A stretch of 64,000 bases of DNA from Felis catus (GCF_018350175.1 NC_058373.1:99636001-99700000), one strand, 5' to 3'. Positions 34,713 through 47,176 are shown, numbered from the stretch's first letter. Translations and numbers: made by a program. The notes: generated by a model not told the origin, from the letters alone.

Positions 34713-35165
34713 GTGTTTGTCCGAGTCCAAGAAGCAGATGCTAAAACAAGATGAAGACAGGCAGGAAGTCTATCAAGGAATGAAGACCAGCAACCCCAGT
34801 GGAGGACAATGAGGAGGGAGGTCCAGAGGGCAGGGAGGACAGTCAGACTGCAGTGACTTCTGGCTCCTTTGAGGGACAAATGGAGGGAAAAGTGAGGAGG
34901 TGAAGCTGCTGACAGTTTCTAGGAAAGTTTCAGCAAGATTTATGAGGAGTTCTCAGCCAAGTTCACCCTTTCAAGGAGCCTGTGTTTCCCACGTTAGACT
35001 CCTTAGACACACTCAGCCATTGACTCAGTTTTCCCTGGAAAACACGGCCTGGTGCTGACTCTATGCTAGACGTCAGAAAACGGCTGCTGGGATTCCCAGG
35101 AAACTCTGTTCCCACAGGAGGAGGTGTCAGTGGAGAGCTGCCCTAGCCACCACACAGCCACCACA
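34713..35165 (-). mobile_element. LTR16-like ERVL solo LTR
   Basis: gtccaagaagcagatgctaa at the left and ...cacagccaccaca at the right. Resembles 63244-63663. Confidence 0.55.
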
Positions 35166-36649
35166 CCGTCTTTCATATAGCTTATAAAAGTCTAAGAGAG
35201 AAGAAGACCAACGTCACGTACAACATGGTCTCGTAGTATTACCTTATATTTGTTTCAAGGTATACAGCTCATCTAGTGCTTTTACACATCTCCTCCCATT
35301 GTATGGTTGGGGTAACATTCTTGACACAAGGTTGCGAAGCCTGAAGCTCCAACACACCTGTGCAAGCAGAGGGGCGCTGACCCAGCACTCAACGGGCTCA
35401 CTCTTAGGGCTTCATCCACTGTATAACAAAAACACTGGCCGAAACCCAGTGCCCCAGAAATGTCTGTAGTGTCGATAAGCAAAAATTAATCTTAGGCCAC
35501 TTGCATATGAAATGCTTAGAAAGAAAACTGACTCTGAAGAAGGTTCTTCCTGTGTTTACCCTTTCAGTAGAGGTGGCGTTCATAGGATGAGATTTGTCCC
35601 TAGCACGGACACCCAAGGGTGGGTCAAAGGAGATCCTGTTTACCAGGAAATGCCTTCAGGGGGTGACCATAGGCTGGTGTCTCCAAATGCTGGAGCATCC
35701 CAGTGTGGCTTCAGGATGGAGGACAGGCCTCCAAGCTGAGATGCCTCGCTGTATGTAAAGAGGAGAATGTCTGGCTTCAAGATGCAGATACCGCAGAGAA
35801 AACCCTCCCCAAGCCATGGTAACTTCCTCAACTTTACAACAGGCTGGTTTATGTGGGACAAGACCAGCACCTAATTTTCTTTAACATTAATGGAGATTTT
35901 CTTCTTCCAAAGAGAAATTAAAACAAAAATGGTGAGGTGAGAATTACCCAGACTTCAGGAAAAACCCAAATCACAATTCCATTCTCTAAATTGGTGCAAC
36001 TCAGTAAAGAGGGAGAAGGTACAAGCTTTGTGCCAAGCTTTTGGGTTACACCTAAAATCAGAGACCAGGTAAAGGCAACCCAACACTGGAAAAATGGCAC
36101 ATGAGGTGAAAATAAATGTGAAATCTTCAAGTTCTAAGGAAAAAAGGGTTACAACATGTCAAATTTAGGAAACCATTGAGAGCATCAGTATTTTCACTGG
36201 CTGTCAGAAAAACACCCAGAACCAAAGACTTTTTAAACTATGAAATTATTTCCTAGGGGAATATATGTGAAACATTTCCATAGTGCATTTCTCCATGCAA
36301 CTTCCTTTCAGAGTAAGATAGAAAGCAAAGTGCATTAGACCTCTCTGGGATTGCTTCCAGCACAGGAACGTGTTCTGGTGAAATGATACTCCATTACATA
36401 GCACTGGACCTTTTATTTTATACTTAAGAATCATCTACTCTGGGGTTGGAAACTGCTTTCCCTTCTTAGCAGAGGCAACTGTCCCAGGAAGCAGCAGAAG
36501 AAATAGCAGGGTGATGGGCTGAAAAAAGGTCTCTAAGGTTTAGTCTTGCTGTTGTCACTAACTAGGGCTTGTGGGGCAGGTCACATAACTACTCACAGCC
36601 TGTTTCCATATTTATAAAGTGAGGTGGTTGTTAATGGGTCAAGGTCTTT

Positions 36650-36800
36650 TTGTTCCTCTAATTGACCTGGGAAGCTCTCGAAGAATACAGATGCTTAGGA
36701 TCCTCACACAGACTTATCAAATCAGAACCTCTGGAAATCTAGATTTTGAAAGCCCCCGATGATTCCGATGTGGTCACTCCATAGGCCAATATTTTAGGGG
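36650..36800. mobile_element. MER5-type hAT fossil
   Basis: cctgggaagctc...aatacagatgc...aatcagaacctctgg...gatgattccgatg. Confidence 0.55.
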
Positions 36801-36879
36801 TAACCATACAAGATTTTTGGGATCCCTTACGGTTCTAAAATCTATGATGGCGAGGAGGTAGGAAAAGGGGGTCAGGTAG

Positions 36880-37180
36880 AAGCATTCTTCTGTGCCACAG
36901 AGCAGAAGGGTCTACATCACCTGGGAGCTTATTAGAAGTGCAGACTCTTGGACCCTAGTCAGAACCCTACTGAATTAGATTCTATATGTATTTTTATAAG
37001 TTTATTTTTATGTATGTATGTATTTATTTATTTCTATTTTTTTAGTAAGCTCTATGCCCAACATAAGGCTTGAACTCATGGCCACAAGATCAAGAGTCAC
37101 ATGATCTACCAAATGGGCCAGATCTATATTTTAACAAGATTCCCCACAAGTTCCTAAATACACAAAAGTTAGACAGCTCT
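36880..37180. mobile_element. MER5A-like hAT fossil interrupted by a short antisense CAN-SINE (~36990-37119)
   Basis: catcacctgggagcttattagaagtgcagactc...ctactgaattaga, then the SINE, then attttaacaagattcccca. Confidence 0.7.
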
Positions 37181-37386
37181 GCCCTATTCTACATAATCAG
37201 GAGTGAACCTGTCTATCGATACATGCTCATTGGTTGTTCTCCTGCCCAAGCTCGGTGGTGTGGCCGACCCAAAAATCCATCACAAGGGAAACATTCAGCT
37301 TCAGATGATATCTCTTCCTGGCTATCATTCTCAAAGAATGTGAATTTGGGACATTGCCACCTCTCCCCTTTCAAACTTGTCTTAAA

Positions 37387-37600
37387 TTTTTTTTTAATTT
37401 TTATTTACTTTTGAGAGAGAGAGAGAGAGCGAGCGCGTATGAGTAGGGGAGGGGCAGAGAGAAGGAGACAGAATCTGAAGCAGGCTCCAGGCTCCAAGCT
37501 GTCAGCACAGAGCCTGAACCGGGGCTCGAACTCGTGAACCTTGAGATCATGACCTGAGCCGAAGTCAGACGCTTAACTGACTGAGCCACCCAGGCACCCC
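37387..37600 (-). mobile_element. CAN-SINE
   Basis: Reverse head. ttgt(c/g)ttaaat on both flanks. Confidence 0.92.
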
Positions 37601-37873
37601 TTGTGTTAAATGTCTATGGAGGTAAAACAGTGAGGCCAAAGGGAGAGAGAGCTAGGCTGTGTGTGTGAGTGCACATGTGTGTGGGGGGTGGGGAGGTGGC
37701 ATTATTCTTCCTCTTATCAACGAGGCAAAATATCCCAGGTGAGTTACCAGAGGTGAGGTTAACCATTTGGGGGAGAAGAAAATTTTAACTTGTGTTCAAC
37801 TGCTAAGCTCTGATTAAGATAGGGGGAAATTTTAAAGTAGTGTAGCTCACTTTCTCAAGGTTTTGCTATTCTT

Positions 37874-37919
37874 TTCATTTTTAAGTTTATTTGTTTTGAG
37901 AGAGAGAGAGTGAGGGGGG

Positions 37920-37954
<35 letters not shown>

Positions 37955-38110
37955 GGCACAGAGGGGGAGAGAGAGAATCCCAAACTGGCTCCACACCATC
38001 AGCACAGAGCCTGATGTGGGGCTCAAACTCAGGAACTCTGAGATCATGACCTGAGCTGAAACCCAAACCCAGAGTCAGATGCTTAACTGCCTGGGCCACC
38101 CTGGTGCCCC
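37874..38110 (-). mobile_element. CAN-SINE
   Basis: Reverse head. tttgctattctt on both flanks. Confidence 0.92.
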
Positions 38111-38989
38111 AGGGGTTTGCTATTCTTATCCACATCCTGTCTTGAGAGCCTATTTCCAAAACAAGAGAAAAAAAACACCTCTACCCAGAAAAGACTTATT
38201 TCTGCTATTGGGGGAGGGAGAGAAGTTCAATTTACAAAACTCAGATAAAGCATGTAAAAGACAGAATTTAAAAGCCAGGGGGGAAAAAAGATTTAAAAAA
38301 TCTTCCCACAAAGAAGAATTCTATTGGTATCTTTTTTTTCAAGAAAATAAACACCCAGTTTTATTCTTTTATGTTAGTCCACTGAACTAAAATTCTTAAG
38401 AGAAACCCTAAGTCCTCTGGGTGCTGTGTTGGTAACTGTTCATTATAAGAAGCAGATGATGTCCTTCCTGTGAACACATACATTCTTTCTGCTACTTTCA
38501 AGATGTGACATTTTTACTTTTTCTTCCAAGATAAAACTGAACTTCCTATGGGATTTTTTTCATAAATATTCATTTATTATTCATAGGAATCATTCCTGAT
38601 ATAACACAGGAATAATGTGTTTCACTTGCCTATGTTCATAAAAGAAAGAAATCCATGGCCAAGAAGTGTAGTTTTTTTTTTTTTTATCTCTATACCCATA
38701 AATAAAATTAAAATTTGTAAATGGGCTTCCAGGTTGCCTGGCCCTAGGACTGAGGACAAGAAAAAGGCTCTCCCCAGGCCTGTCCACGACCTCTGCCCTC
38801 CAAACCCATAACAAATATCCCAAACCACTGCTATTTACATTCTTACTTCCTAAAGATAGGTGAGTCAATGGTCATTCATCCCATATAAATTTCTCAGATT
38901 GTCATCTTCAGAGACTAAGCATACTGGAAAGTTTGGAAGAGAATTTGGTGGAGAGGAGAGAGGAAGGAGAAGGACAAAGTTTTCTTTTG

Positions 38990-39211
38990 TATTTTTAAAT
39001 TTATTTTAATGTTTATTTTTGAGAGAGACAGAGTGCAAGTGGGGGAGGGGCAGAGAGAGGGAGACACAGAATCTGAAGCAGGCTCCAGGTTCTGAGCTGT
39101 CAGCACAGGGCCTGATGTGGGGCTCAAACCCACGACCGTGAGATCGTGAGCTGAAAACCTTCAGCTGAGCTGAAGTCGGATGCTTAACCGACTGCGCTAC
39201 CCATGTGCCCC
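38990..39211 (-). mobile_element. CAN-SINE
   Basis: TSD gaaggacaaagttttctt / gaggacaaagttttctt. Confidence 0.92.
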
Positions 39212-40044
39212 GAGGACAAAGTTTTCTTAGGGACTTCATTAAAGTTAAATCTCTAGGAATGAGGGAGTCAGGGAACACAAAGTCTCCTCAAACCTCTTAG
39301 TAAACCACGGGTTCTTTGATGGTATCAGCCTCTAAGTTCCAGGTGCAGATTAGTACAAAAATACCGCTTTGACCTCACAGGCTGGTAGATGGAGTGATAC
39401 TCTCTGACCCAAAACATCAACAGCACGAAGGCCAGGAAGCCGAGGAGCTGCTTACACATTAGATTCCAAGAAATGAGTGTGAGGGATGTGTCCACACGGT
39501 TCCTGGTTGTGCGTCTAGGTCCCAGGTGATCAGTCCACCCCAGTTAAGCCTCAGGTCTAGGTAATCTCATTCATACCATAGACTCCTCTCGAGCTGTGAA
39601 TGGTCAGGGAGCTTCTGGTAATTGTCAGACCCCATGCCATCAGCCAGGTATTGCTTCTAGTTTTCTATCTGCATATTATACTTTTTGGCAGCCTCAGCTA
39701 GTTCTTCTGGGGTCTTGGGATAGGGACCTGGGGAGCATGTCCTTCATGATGTGGGAGACTGTGTACCCATGTACCAGCTGCCCTTTGCGGCCACAGTTTT
39801 CCTAGGACTCGGGTCCTGGCCACCACCTCTTCACCTTATTTATTAATTTATTATTAGTTTTTCTGAAAACTATTTACAAGAGTTCTACACCTACCATCTA
39901 TTTAAGTAAGACCCTATGTAATTCTAATTTAAGCTTTCGATAGTTTGCCTAACAAGCAAACAGATGAGCATGATTAGCAGTGTTCTCTTTCCTTCAGTGA
40001 GTTAGATGGTGCATCGGTCATACTTTTCAGACTATGGAATATCA

Positions 40045-40175
40045 AGCTTGTTGGTACATTAGAATTACCTGGGGAGCTTTTAAAATCAGAATTTCTGAGT
40101 CTGTGAAAGTCAAGCACCGGTATTTCTTAATACTCCCCAGATAATTCAAATGTGCATCCGAGGTTGAAAACCAAC
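40045..40175. mobile_element. MER5A-like fragment
   Basis: acattagaattacctggggagcttttaaaat...tccccagataattcaaatgtgcatccgaggttgaaaacca. Confidence 0.7.
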
Positions 40176-41054
40176 CAGAAATGGAAAAAGTGGAGGAGGA
40201 GCTCTACGTGAAAGGCCACTTGCGAAATGTGAGTTTTGGGTTGGTTGATTTGATGGCTAGTTGAATAAACGGTTGTTTGAGAGGGCAGAAGGCACGACTT
40301 TCCGTGTGATTTAGGACTTAGAGCAAAGTTGGAAAGGATATCAAAATACCCACTTTCAGAGCACATGGGAGGAGCATGGCCCTTTCCTTCATAGACATCT
40401 ATACTTATCCCTTGCCTGAGCCTGTTCAGAGCCTCCCCTCATCAGGGGAATTTCTCTGCCTTTTTTCCCTCCACTGCAGGCCCTTTTGCTGACCTCACCA
40501 CATGCCAGCCTGAGGTGGTTCCCAGAGCTCTCGGGTGCCCCCCTTGAAATGGTAGTCCATGTGATGCGTGGCTTTAATGGTGGCCAGTAGTAGGAAGACA
40601 GGAGAGAAATTTCTGCCCCTTCCTCCTGATGATCCTTGACTCATGCACCAGAGAGACACAACAGGTTTACTCACAACTTCAAAAAAACCCTACATTTTAG
40701 CTAGTGCTTCACTTCTCTCGTGGGCTGCTGATCTACTTCCCAGTTTATGTAATTTCTATGCTTTGCACAAAGCAAGAGGTGGTCAAGAAATGTGTGTTGA
40801 GTAAATTAACTTGGCACCAACTTTTCTTCATAGCACTTGTAACACTTACGTCTGCCAACCTTGCCAGACTGAAAACTTTGTGTTTCGTTTCTTTCCACTA
40901 TAGCCCCAGCACCTATCAGGTGGCTCTCAATAAATATTTGCTATGTGATAAATGTATAACGAAATAAGTGCTTCTTTTGGCTCTTACACAACATCCACTA
41001 TAATACTAACTCTAGATAATATTTGGTTAATTGATGTTAATCCAAAGCAATGAA

Positions 41055-41429
41055 ATTTGGTTTGCAGACTGTCTCAGTGCCAGAGGGCAAGAAGAGACCA
41101 AATGAAGGGGCAGACCACATCACATTGGCAGGTGGCAGGGTCAATAAGCAAGGGAATTTACAAAGCTTGTCGTGGACAGCTACAAGATAAGTAGATGGTT
41201 ATACTAAAAGTTTACATAGAAGCCTTAACTGGGATCAATCATGTATTCAGTCTAGGGGTCCTGAACAACACATTGCTCTCTTAAGGCTATGGCCTTGGAA
41301 CAACCTTCACTGTGGGAATAATAGGCAGAGCATATATTCAAGGGCAGGGGAGGGAGTAAGTAGTCTCTAGTTGTCTGGGTCCAGCTTGAGGGTCAACTGG
41401 CAGTCACATCATCTGGGTGACCTCCAATA
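41055..41429 (-). promoter_or_regulatory. ERVL 3' LTR
   Basis: Shares blocks (gccttaactggg, aaggctatg.ccttggaacaac, aataggcaga, caggggaggg) with 46792-47176. Adjacent to the PPT. Confidence 0.75.
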
Positions 41430-41519
41430 CTCCGCCCCTTGTGACCGGCTTTTACAGTCTTACACCCCTCCTCTTCCACCATGTGCCGAGTGGTGTGCAA
41501 GGGGTTTTGCTAGCATGGA

Positions 41520-41960
41520 GGTGGCCTGTTTCGTGGCTCTCTGTGTTGGAGGTGGACACCACAGCAACAATAAAGACACATGCAAGAGAAAACGCAGACT
41601 ATGTTGATTCCCAAAATAAGTAACAAGAGCCAAGAGCCCTATGATTCAAGCTATTGATTTACTAAGTCCCCTATACTGGGGGTTGGATCATTCATGGTGT
41701 TCACTTGTGCCCTTGATGTGACTTAATAGAGATGATACATTGGCAGACTCATTAGGTATGAACACACAACCTGGGTAATGACACAGGTGTCTCTTTGTGA
41801 GGCAATAATAATATCCAAGGCCGTTCTATTTTGGAGGAGAGCTTTTCTCATATGAGCCATTTCAGTATTCGGTAAAGGTAGTGTTTGTTGGCTATCATTT
41901 AAGGCTTACTGGGTAAATTTAGTAAGGGCTCCTAAATATATTATAATGTCCCCAGGACAA
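41520..41960 (-). pseudogene. env: env transmembrane (TM) subunit remnant with immunosuppressive domain
   Basis: The minus strand reads YLGALTKFTQ*ALNDSQQTLPLPNTEMAHMRKALLQNRTALDIIIASQRDTCVITQ, then after a frameshift CVFIPNESANVS. This is the LQNRxxLD motif plus a degenerate CX6CC. Confidence 0.85.
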
Positions 41961-42229
41961 TGGAGGGGACAAAGATTGTGGATAAAGGTACCAGTGGAAA
42001 ACAGAACTTGCCCTCCTGGCCTCGAGGAGAGGTAGGTTGGCAGCTTGGGGAACTTGACCTGGTTGAGCATATCATACACGTTGGTCCGGGGAGGCAGTGT
42101 CGTCAGGCATGAGGAGACAGACTGGGGACAGGACCAGGACCCCACCTTCTTTCCTCCTTTAATAGTACTTGTTCCATTCCAGGTATAGTGTGTTTCAACA
42201 GTTCTAGCCTGCAGCAGGACAGTGGGATC

Positions 42230-44575
42230 TCAGTGGGCACTGAGCAGTTTCCCCTCACTCAGGGGTTTGAAGTAATTAATCCATCCTGGCAGGATGTCCC
42301 ACTGCCAATTCCAGTCAATAACTCCTTTCCCAGGCATGACGAGGCTTGGTGTTCTTAGCAGCATGGCACATTGATCAAAGTGAGACTCAGGGCAATGGCT
42401 GTTTCTCTCAACTTCCATAATTTTTCAATTATCACCTGCCTCAGCAGGGGTCCCCTGTCTAGCCTAGGGGACAACAGGCCCTACTTGTTGCTCATCCAAA
42501 TGCATTAAAGCCTGGGTGGCTCAGTTGGTTAAACAACTGACTCTTGATTTCAGCTCAGGTCATGATCTCACGGTTAAGCACAGCATTGGGCTCTGAGCTG
42601 GGCATGGAGCCTGCTTAGGATTCTCTCTCTCCCTGTTCCTCCCCCACGTGTGCTCTCTCTCTCTCATTCTCTCCCTCAAAAAAAAAAAAAAGCCTGGGAA
42701 AGTACTTCAGTCCACCTGGCCAAGGTGGTTTTACCTGTTAGTAATTTAATCTGCTGCTTTAATATTCCATTTTTCCTTTCTACCAATCCTGCTCCTTGCA
42801 GGTTATATGGGAGATGGAGCTTCCATTCTATGTCATGTTCTTTTTGCCCAGTCATACATGTAATGACCTTTGAAATGTGACCCCCAACCACTGTCTATTC
42901 AATGAGGGTATCTATACGTGGTACTCAGTTTTTCTAATCCCCTAAGGGTAGCAGTATGGTTTGCACAGCAACGGGAAAGCTTGGGTTTGGCCAGACATAG
43001 TGTCCATGAAACCAGGGCACATTTACAACCCTCACTCAGAGGAAGGAAGGGAATATAGTTAATTTGCCAATCCATCACAGGTTGGGAGCTTCAGTGGATG
43101 TCCCCAGTTCCCTTTGACAGCTGCCTTGGGCATTGTTTAGGCTATACATGACAGCATGACGACACATGACTGCATTACCCAAGTCACTGTGTTTCAAGGA
43201 CAGTCTGGCATTCTCGACAACACGCCATCCCATCTGGGCATAATGATGGCCATTCTTCCTATGCAACCAATCTGCTGTATCTACTGAAGGGTCAGTTAGT
43301 TGTTAGGGCTCATACCCAGTCTAGGGCATTAGCTTTCTGATTTCTAGGGGTGTCAGTGCCTTATAAGCCTGGATGTGGAAGACAGTGAGGATTGCTGCAG
43401 CCCCTTGTAGGCAAACCCAAGTGTCTTTCCACATATCCTGACCCCACAAGGGCTTAGTTACGATCATCTACCCTTTGCCATTGTCCAAGCCATAGGGTTA
43501 ATCCCTTTAGAATAGCTCAACAGTCACTGCAAAGGGTTAATGTCCAGGGCTTATGAGTGATCAACAGCCAAACTGCTCCCAGTTTGGCCCACCACCTGCT
43601 TTGGTTTGTTCCTACTTCCAGGCATCTGTGCACCAGGCATCAGTGGGAATTTCCCTCCCTCCCTCCCTACAGGCTGCAGGGGCCACCACAGGATAGGAGC
43701 AGAGGTGTTCGGAGCATCTACATACTTTACAGGGGCTAGCAGCACCCACAATTCTGAAGACAGTGGGCTGGCAGACAGGGTGCTCCTCTGCTGTAGATAG
43801 GCATGCCACTTAGTCCAAGTGGGATGGAGGGATATTTTCTCAACCCACCCCTTGACAGGAAGGGAAGTGCTCACCACAACATGCTGTTTATCTGTGAGAG
43901 CACTGTGCACACTGGCAGGAGCCATGGCTCTGTGGAGGTCCACCCCTTCCAGAGCTGGGGCCAAAGTCCTAAGGATACTCTTTCCTTCTGTTATCTCTGC
44001 CACAGTGCCTAACCCATCCATTCTGGAGTCACAGACATTTCTCACTCATGGTAGCACTGTGTGGGAGATGCCCAGAGTTTTAATCTGCTTCAGCAGTATT
44101 TATTTACCTTTCTAAATCTGCCTTTTTGCTCTGATACCCGGTCCCACACATGCCCTCTCTTCACCAGGCAACCTAAGAGAGAGAGGCATTGTGCCAGGTG
44201 GGGAATAAAAATCTTCCCAAACCCTCAAATCTCTGCAGAGGCTTGCACCTCTTTCGTGTCCTTAGGGATTGGATAGGCTTGCACCTTATCAATCACAGCT
44301 TCTGGGACAATGCACACCTCACCTGACCAATGACTCCCCAAAACTTTACAGCTGTGCCTGAGACTTGAATTTTATGTGGGTTCCCCTCTGATCCTCTCTC
44401 TCATAGATGTTCCAGCAAAGCCTGCAGAGTGTCCTGTGGCTGACATGGAGAAGGAAAACAGGGACAGGTCTCGAGCTAACATCCCATGATATACTGTGAG
44501 GTTGTACAGGTGGCCTTGGAGAGGACCTTGAAAGGTCCATTGTTGCCCCTCCCACAGGACAGCAAATTGATCTTA
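42230..44575 (-). pseudogene. pol: ERVL pol remnant (RT C-terminal half, RNase H, integrase)
   Basis: DQFAVLWE/QQWTFQ (RT), EAVIDKVQAYPIPK, WTKWHAYLQQRS, and IEWKLHLPYNLQGAGLVERKNGILK (integrase core). Confidence 0.85.
42510..42690 (+). mobile_element. CAN-SINE inserted in ERVL integrase
   Basis: TSD aaagcctggg (42507-42516, 42689-42698), overlapping the SINE head. Confidence 0.9.
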
Positions 44576-44579
44576 GCTA

Positions 44580-46200
44580 TCATAAATCTGTACTTGTCAG
44601 TGTCTTTTTCATGAATCTCTGAAAGTAAAGCACTTTTGCAGGAACACTTTTGCAAAAGTGTCAGAGTAAAACAATAAATGTCTGTAAATTAAAAAAGACT
44701 TAAAATAACCATACTTAAAGATCTAGTAAAAGTTCATTATAATGCAGTTAGCAAGGAAATTTGGTTATTTCTGTGACATACATTTTAAAATTATGACTGA
44801 TAAAATTATACCAAGACATATCAGATTTTTAGGGATTTCATACAAATATACCCTGAAGAAAGTTTAGCATCACTTCTTATTTGACTGTTTCCCATGTAAT
44901 TTAACATATCACATAGGATTAATCAGTTTAATCCCTCTTTTATATGGAGACAGAATACATCTTACATGATTTTCCAGGAACCATCTGGAAAATCCTGAAG
45001 TTAGTTCAAGGTCAATGAGACTTCATTAAGAATTTCATTTTTAGGAAGCTTGTCAAAAATACCAAAAAGTTTTAAAACATGTGATCAAATAGAATCCTAA
45101 ATCACTGTGACACAATACTTAGTTATCTATTTAACGAAAGTGGCAAAGACTTCAAAGGCAAATACAGAAGGTTACCTTATGGTTAAAAAAAACAAAAAAC
45201 AAAAAAACTTTGCTCTTTTAACATAGAAGACTCTCAGGTAATCAAAGACCTAATAAAGACAACATGAAGCACAGGAAATTATTTTGATAAAACACAGAAT
45301 CTTTGTTTTCTATGTGGATTCCTTAAAAGGTGAAGGAAAACCTTTCACTATCCTAGGAACTGACCAACAGTCCAAGAAAATCTTGTCCTTATAGCTAAGT
45401 TTTAGTTTTACATAAGCACACTATTGATATTAAAGCTTATTTTTCTTTAAGCCAATTAAATAGAGCTCTTTTACAAAATAATTTTGGTAATATCCTCTGC
45501 AGGCAAAGAAACATCATATATACATTAACATGTAGCCAAAGGCATATGTAAACATCTCAACAGACACAAACAGGGACCCTCATTCCAAACAGCTCTCATT
45601 CCAAAACCTTATCCATGAGTCAGGTACCCACTCACAGAGCTAAAACTATTTTTAAAAATATTTATTTATTTTTGAGAGACAGAGAAAGAGAGAGACAGAG
45701 ACAGAGAAAGAGAAGGAGACACAGAATTGGAAGCAGGCTCCAGGCTTCAAACTGTCAGTGCAGAGCCCGATGTGGGGCTTGAACTCACCAACCATGAGAT
45801 CATGACCTGAGCTAAAGACGGATGCTCAACCGACTGAGCCACCCAGGCGCTCTAGAGCTAAAGCTTTTTATTAACATATGTGGAGAAGACTTTTAAGATT
45901 TGAATTTGCTCTTGATGAATAATCTTATGGAGCTGTGGACTAGGTTTCTGGACCAGGGAGCTTCTATAACAGTCTGTATTTTACAAAGCCTATTTCTCCC
46001 TCTTTTCCTCTTCAGTCTCTGAGGCATTGTTTTGGTTACCTTTTGGGGTGTTTACATCTCAGACACAATAAGATTTACAAACAACTTCAAAGAACAGAGA
46101 AAGAATGCAAATTTTCTTGTAGGAGTTTTGGGGTGTATTTCCCTATTATCAGAAGTCTAGGGAAATTGCTAATTTACAATTTTTCTTTGTATTAGGAGTT
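44580..46200 (-). mobile_element. AT-rich non-coding segment resembling MER4-group (ERV1) internal sequence
   Basis: Abrupt compositional change with no ERVL coding motifs. Motifs such as ttttgataaaacacagaatctttg and agcacttttgca...cagagtaaaacaataa are recalled from MER4-group internal sequences (unverified). Confidence 0.5.
45650..45852 (-). mobile_element. CAN-SINE
   Basis: Reverse head. agagctaaa on both flanks. Confidence 0.9.
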
Positions 46201-46229
46201 AGATGACACAGAGCATTCTGGCCATTTTA

Positions 46230-46730
46230 TTGTTGATCACAACATCCTTCCCTTTGCTCTCCTCACTTTTCCAGAGATTCCATCTCTTGGCGTTCTAATC
46301 AGGCTTTGTCTCAAACGCTCAGACCTTCATCTGTGGAAGCTTGTGCCTTCCTAGTTTTGCAAAATGGCACACGAAGGTCCCCAACTTACTTTCCTATTCT
46401 CCTACCTTGCTTGCCAGCTCCAAAGCTAGCTGAGTGGCAGACAACTGCACATCCTTCTCTAACCTCAGCTCTTCTTCCAACTTTTCCAACTTGAGATTCA
46501 ACATCCAGTTGGGCATTAGTGACCAGCTGAACTGCCCACAGCAGAGGCCAGTGCACTGCAGCAACCATTCGCTTCCCTTCTTTGCTGAAGTGTGCTATGT
46601 GTGGTTTCTCAAGCAAATGCATTAAGGCAGCAGGCATTTTGGGGGCGCTCCTGTACTCATGGAGCAGTCCACAAGCATCTAACATACAAGCTGCTCCTCC
46701 CATGTAGAAGTGGATGGCTAACTCAGGATA
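46230..46730 (-). pseudogene. gag: ERVL gag 5' remnant
   Basis: Lies just downstream of the PBS. ORF text KRMVAAVHWPLLWAVQLV resembles the ERVL gag N-terminal region. Confidence 0.5.
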
Positions 46731-46771
46731 TCTTTTGCGGTTGCTTCTTTCCCAAGGCCCAGTGCTTCGGT

Positions 46772-46789
46772 CTCCTGGCTGGCTCACCA
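46772..46789 (-). other. Primer binding site, tRNA-Arg(ACG)
   Basis: Minus strand TGGTGAGCCAGCCAGGAG vs the recalled tRNA-Arg(ACG) complement TGGCGAGCCAGCCAGGAG (17/18, CpG change). It lies 2 nt from the LTR end. Confidence 0.85.
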
Positions 46790-46791
46790 AA

Positions 46792-47176
46792 TGTTGGTTC
46801 ACAAACTGGCCCCACACATAGAAGGCAAGGAGAGATGGAAGAAAGAAGCAGACACACCAGGTTGCTAGCTGACAGGTTTAATAAACAAAGAAACTTACTT
46901 ACAAGGTTTGCCTTGGGTGGCCACAAGATGCAAAAATCTCCACACCCACTTGCCAAATCTTAAACGTTTATATGGAGGCCTTAACTGGGTTCATTCACGT
47001 ATACTGCGCAGCTGGTCTCAGAACATTGCTACCTCAAGGCTATGTCCTTGGAACAACTCCCTCTGGGAAAAATAGGCAGATTTGTATACATTCCAAGGAC
47101 AGGGGAGGGGATGAGGAGCCTCCAATTGTCCAGGAGTCAACTGGAGGTCATGTCCTCTTAATTACCTCCTTTAATA
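46792..47176 (-). promoter_or_regulatory. ERVL 5' LTR
   Basis: Ends ...ccaaca (minus strand) next to the PBS. Homologous to 41055-41429. Confidence 0.8.

Larger units (their letters stand above)
41055..47176 (-). mobile_element. Decayed class III (ERVL-type) provirus with env remnant
   Basis: Two homologous LTRs (~41055-41429, 46792-47176), PBS, PPT (aggggcggag on minus, ~41430-41439), and gag, RT, IN and TM remnants in order on the minus strand. Confidence 0.85.

Noticed and set aside
41520..41960. Captured env (syncytin-like) gene
   Set aside because: It has an in-frame stop and a frameshift, and no intact SU or signal peptide.
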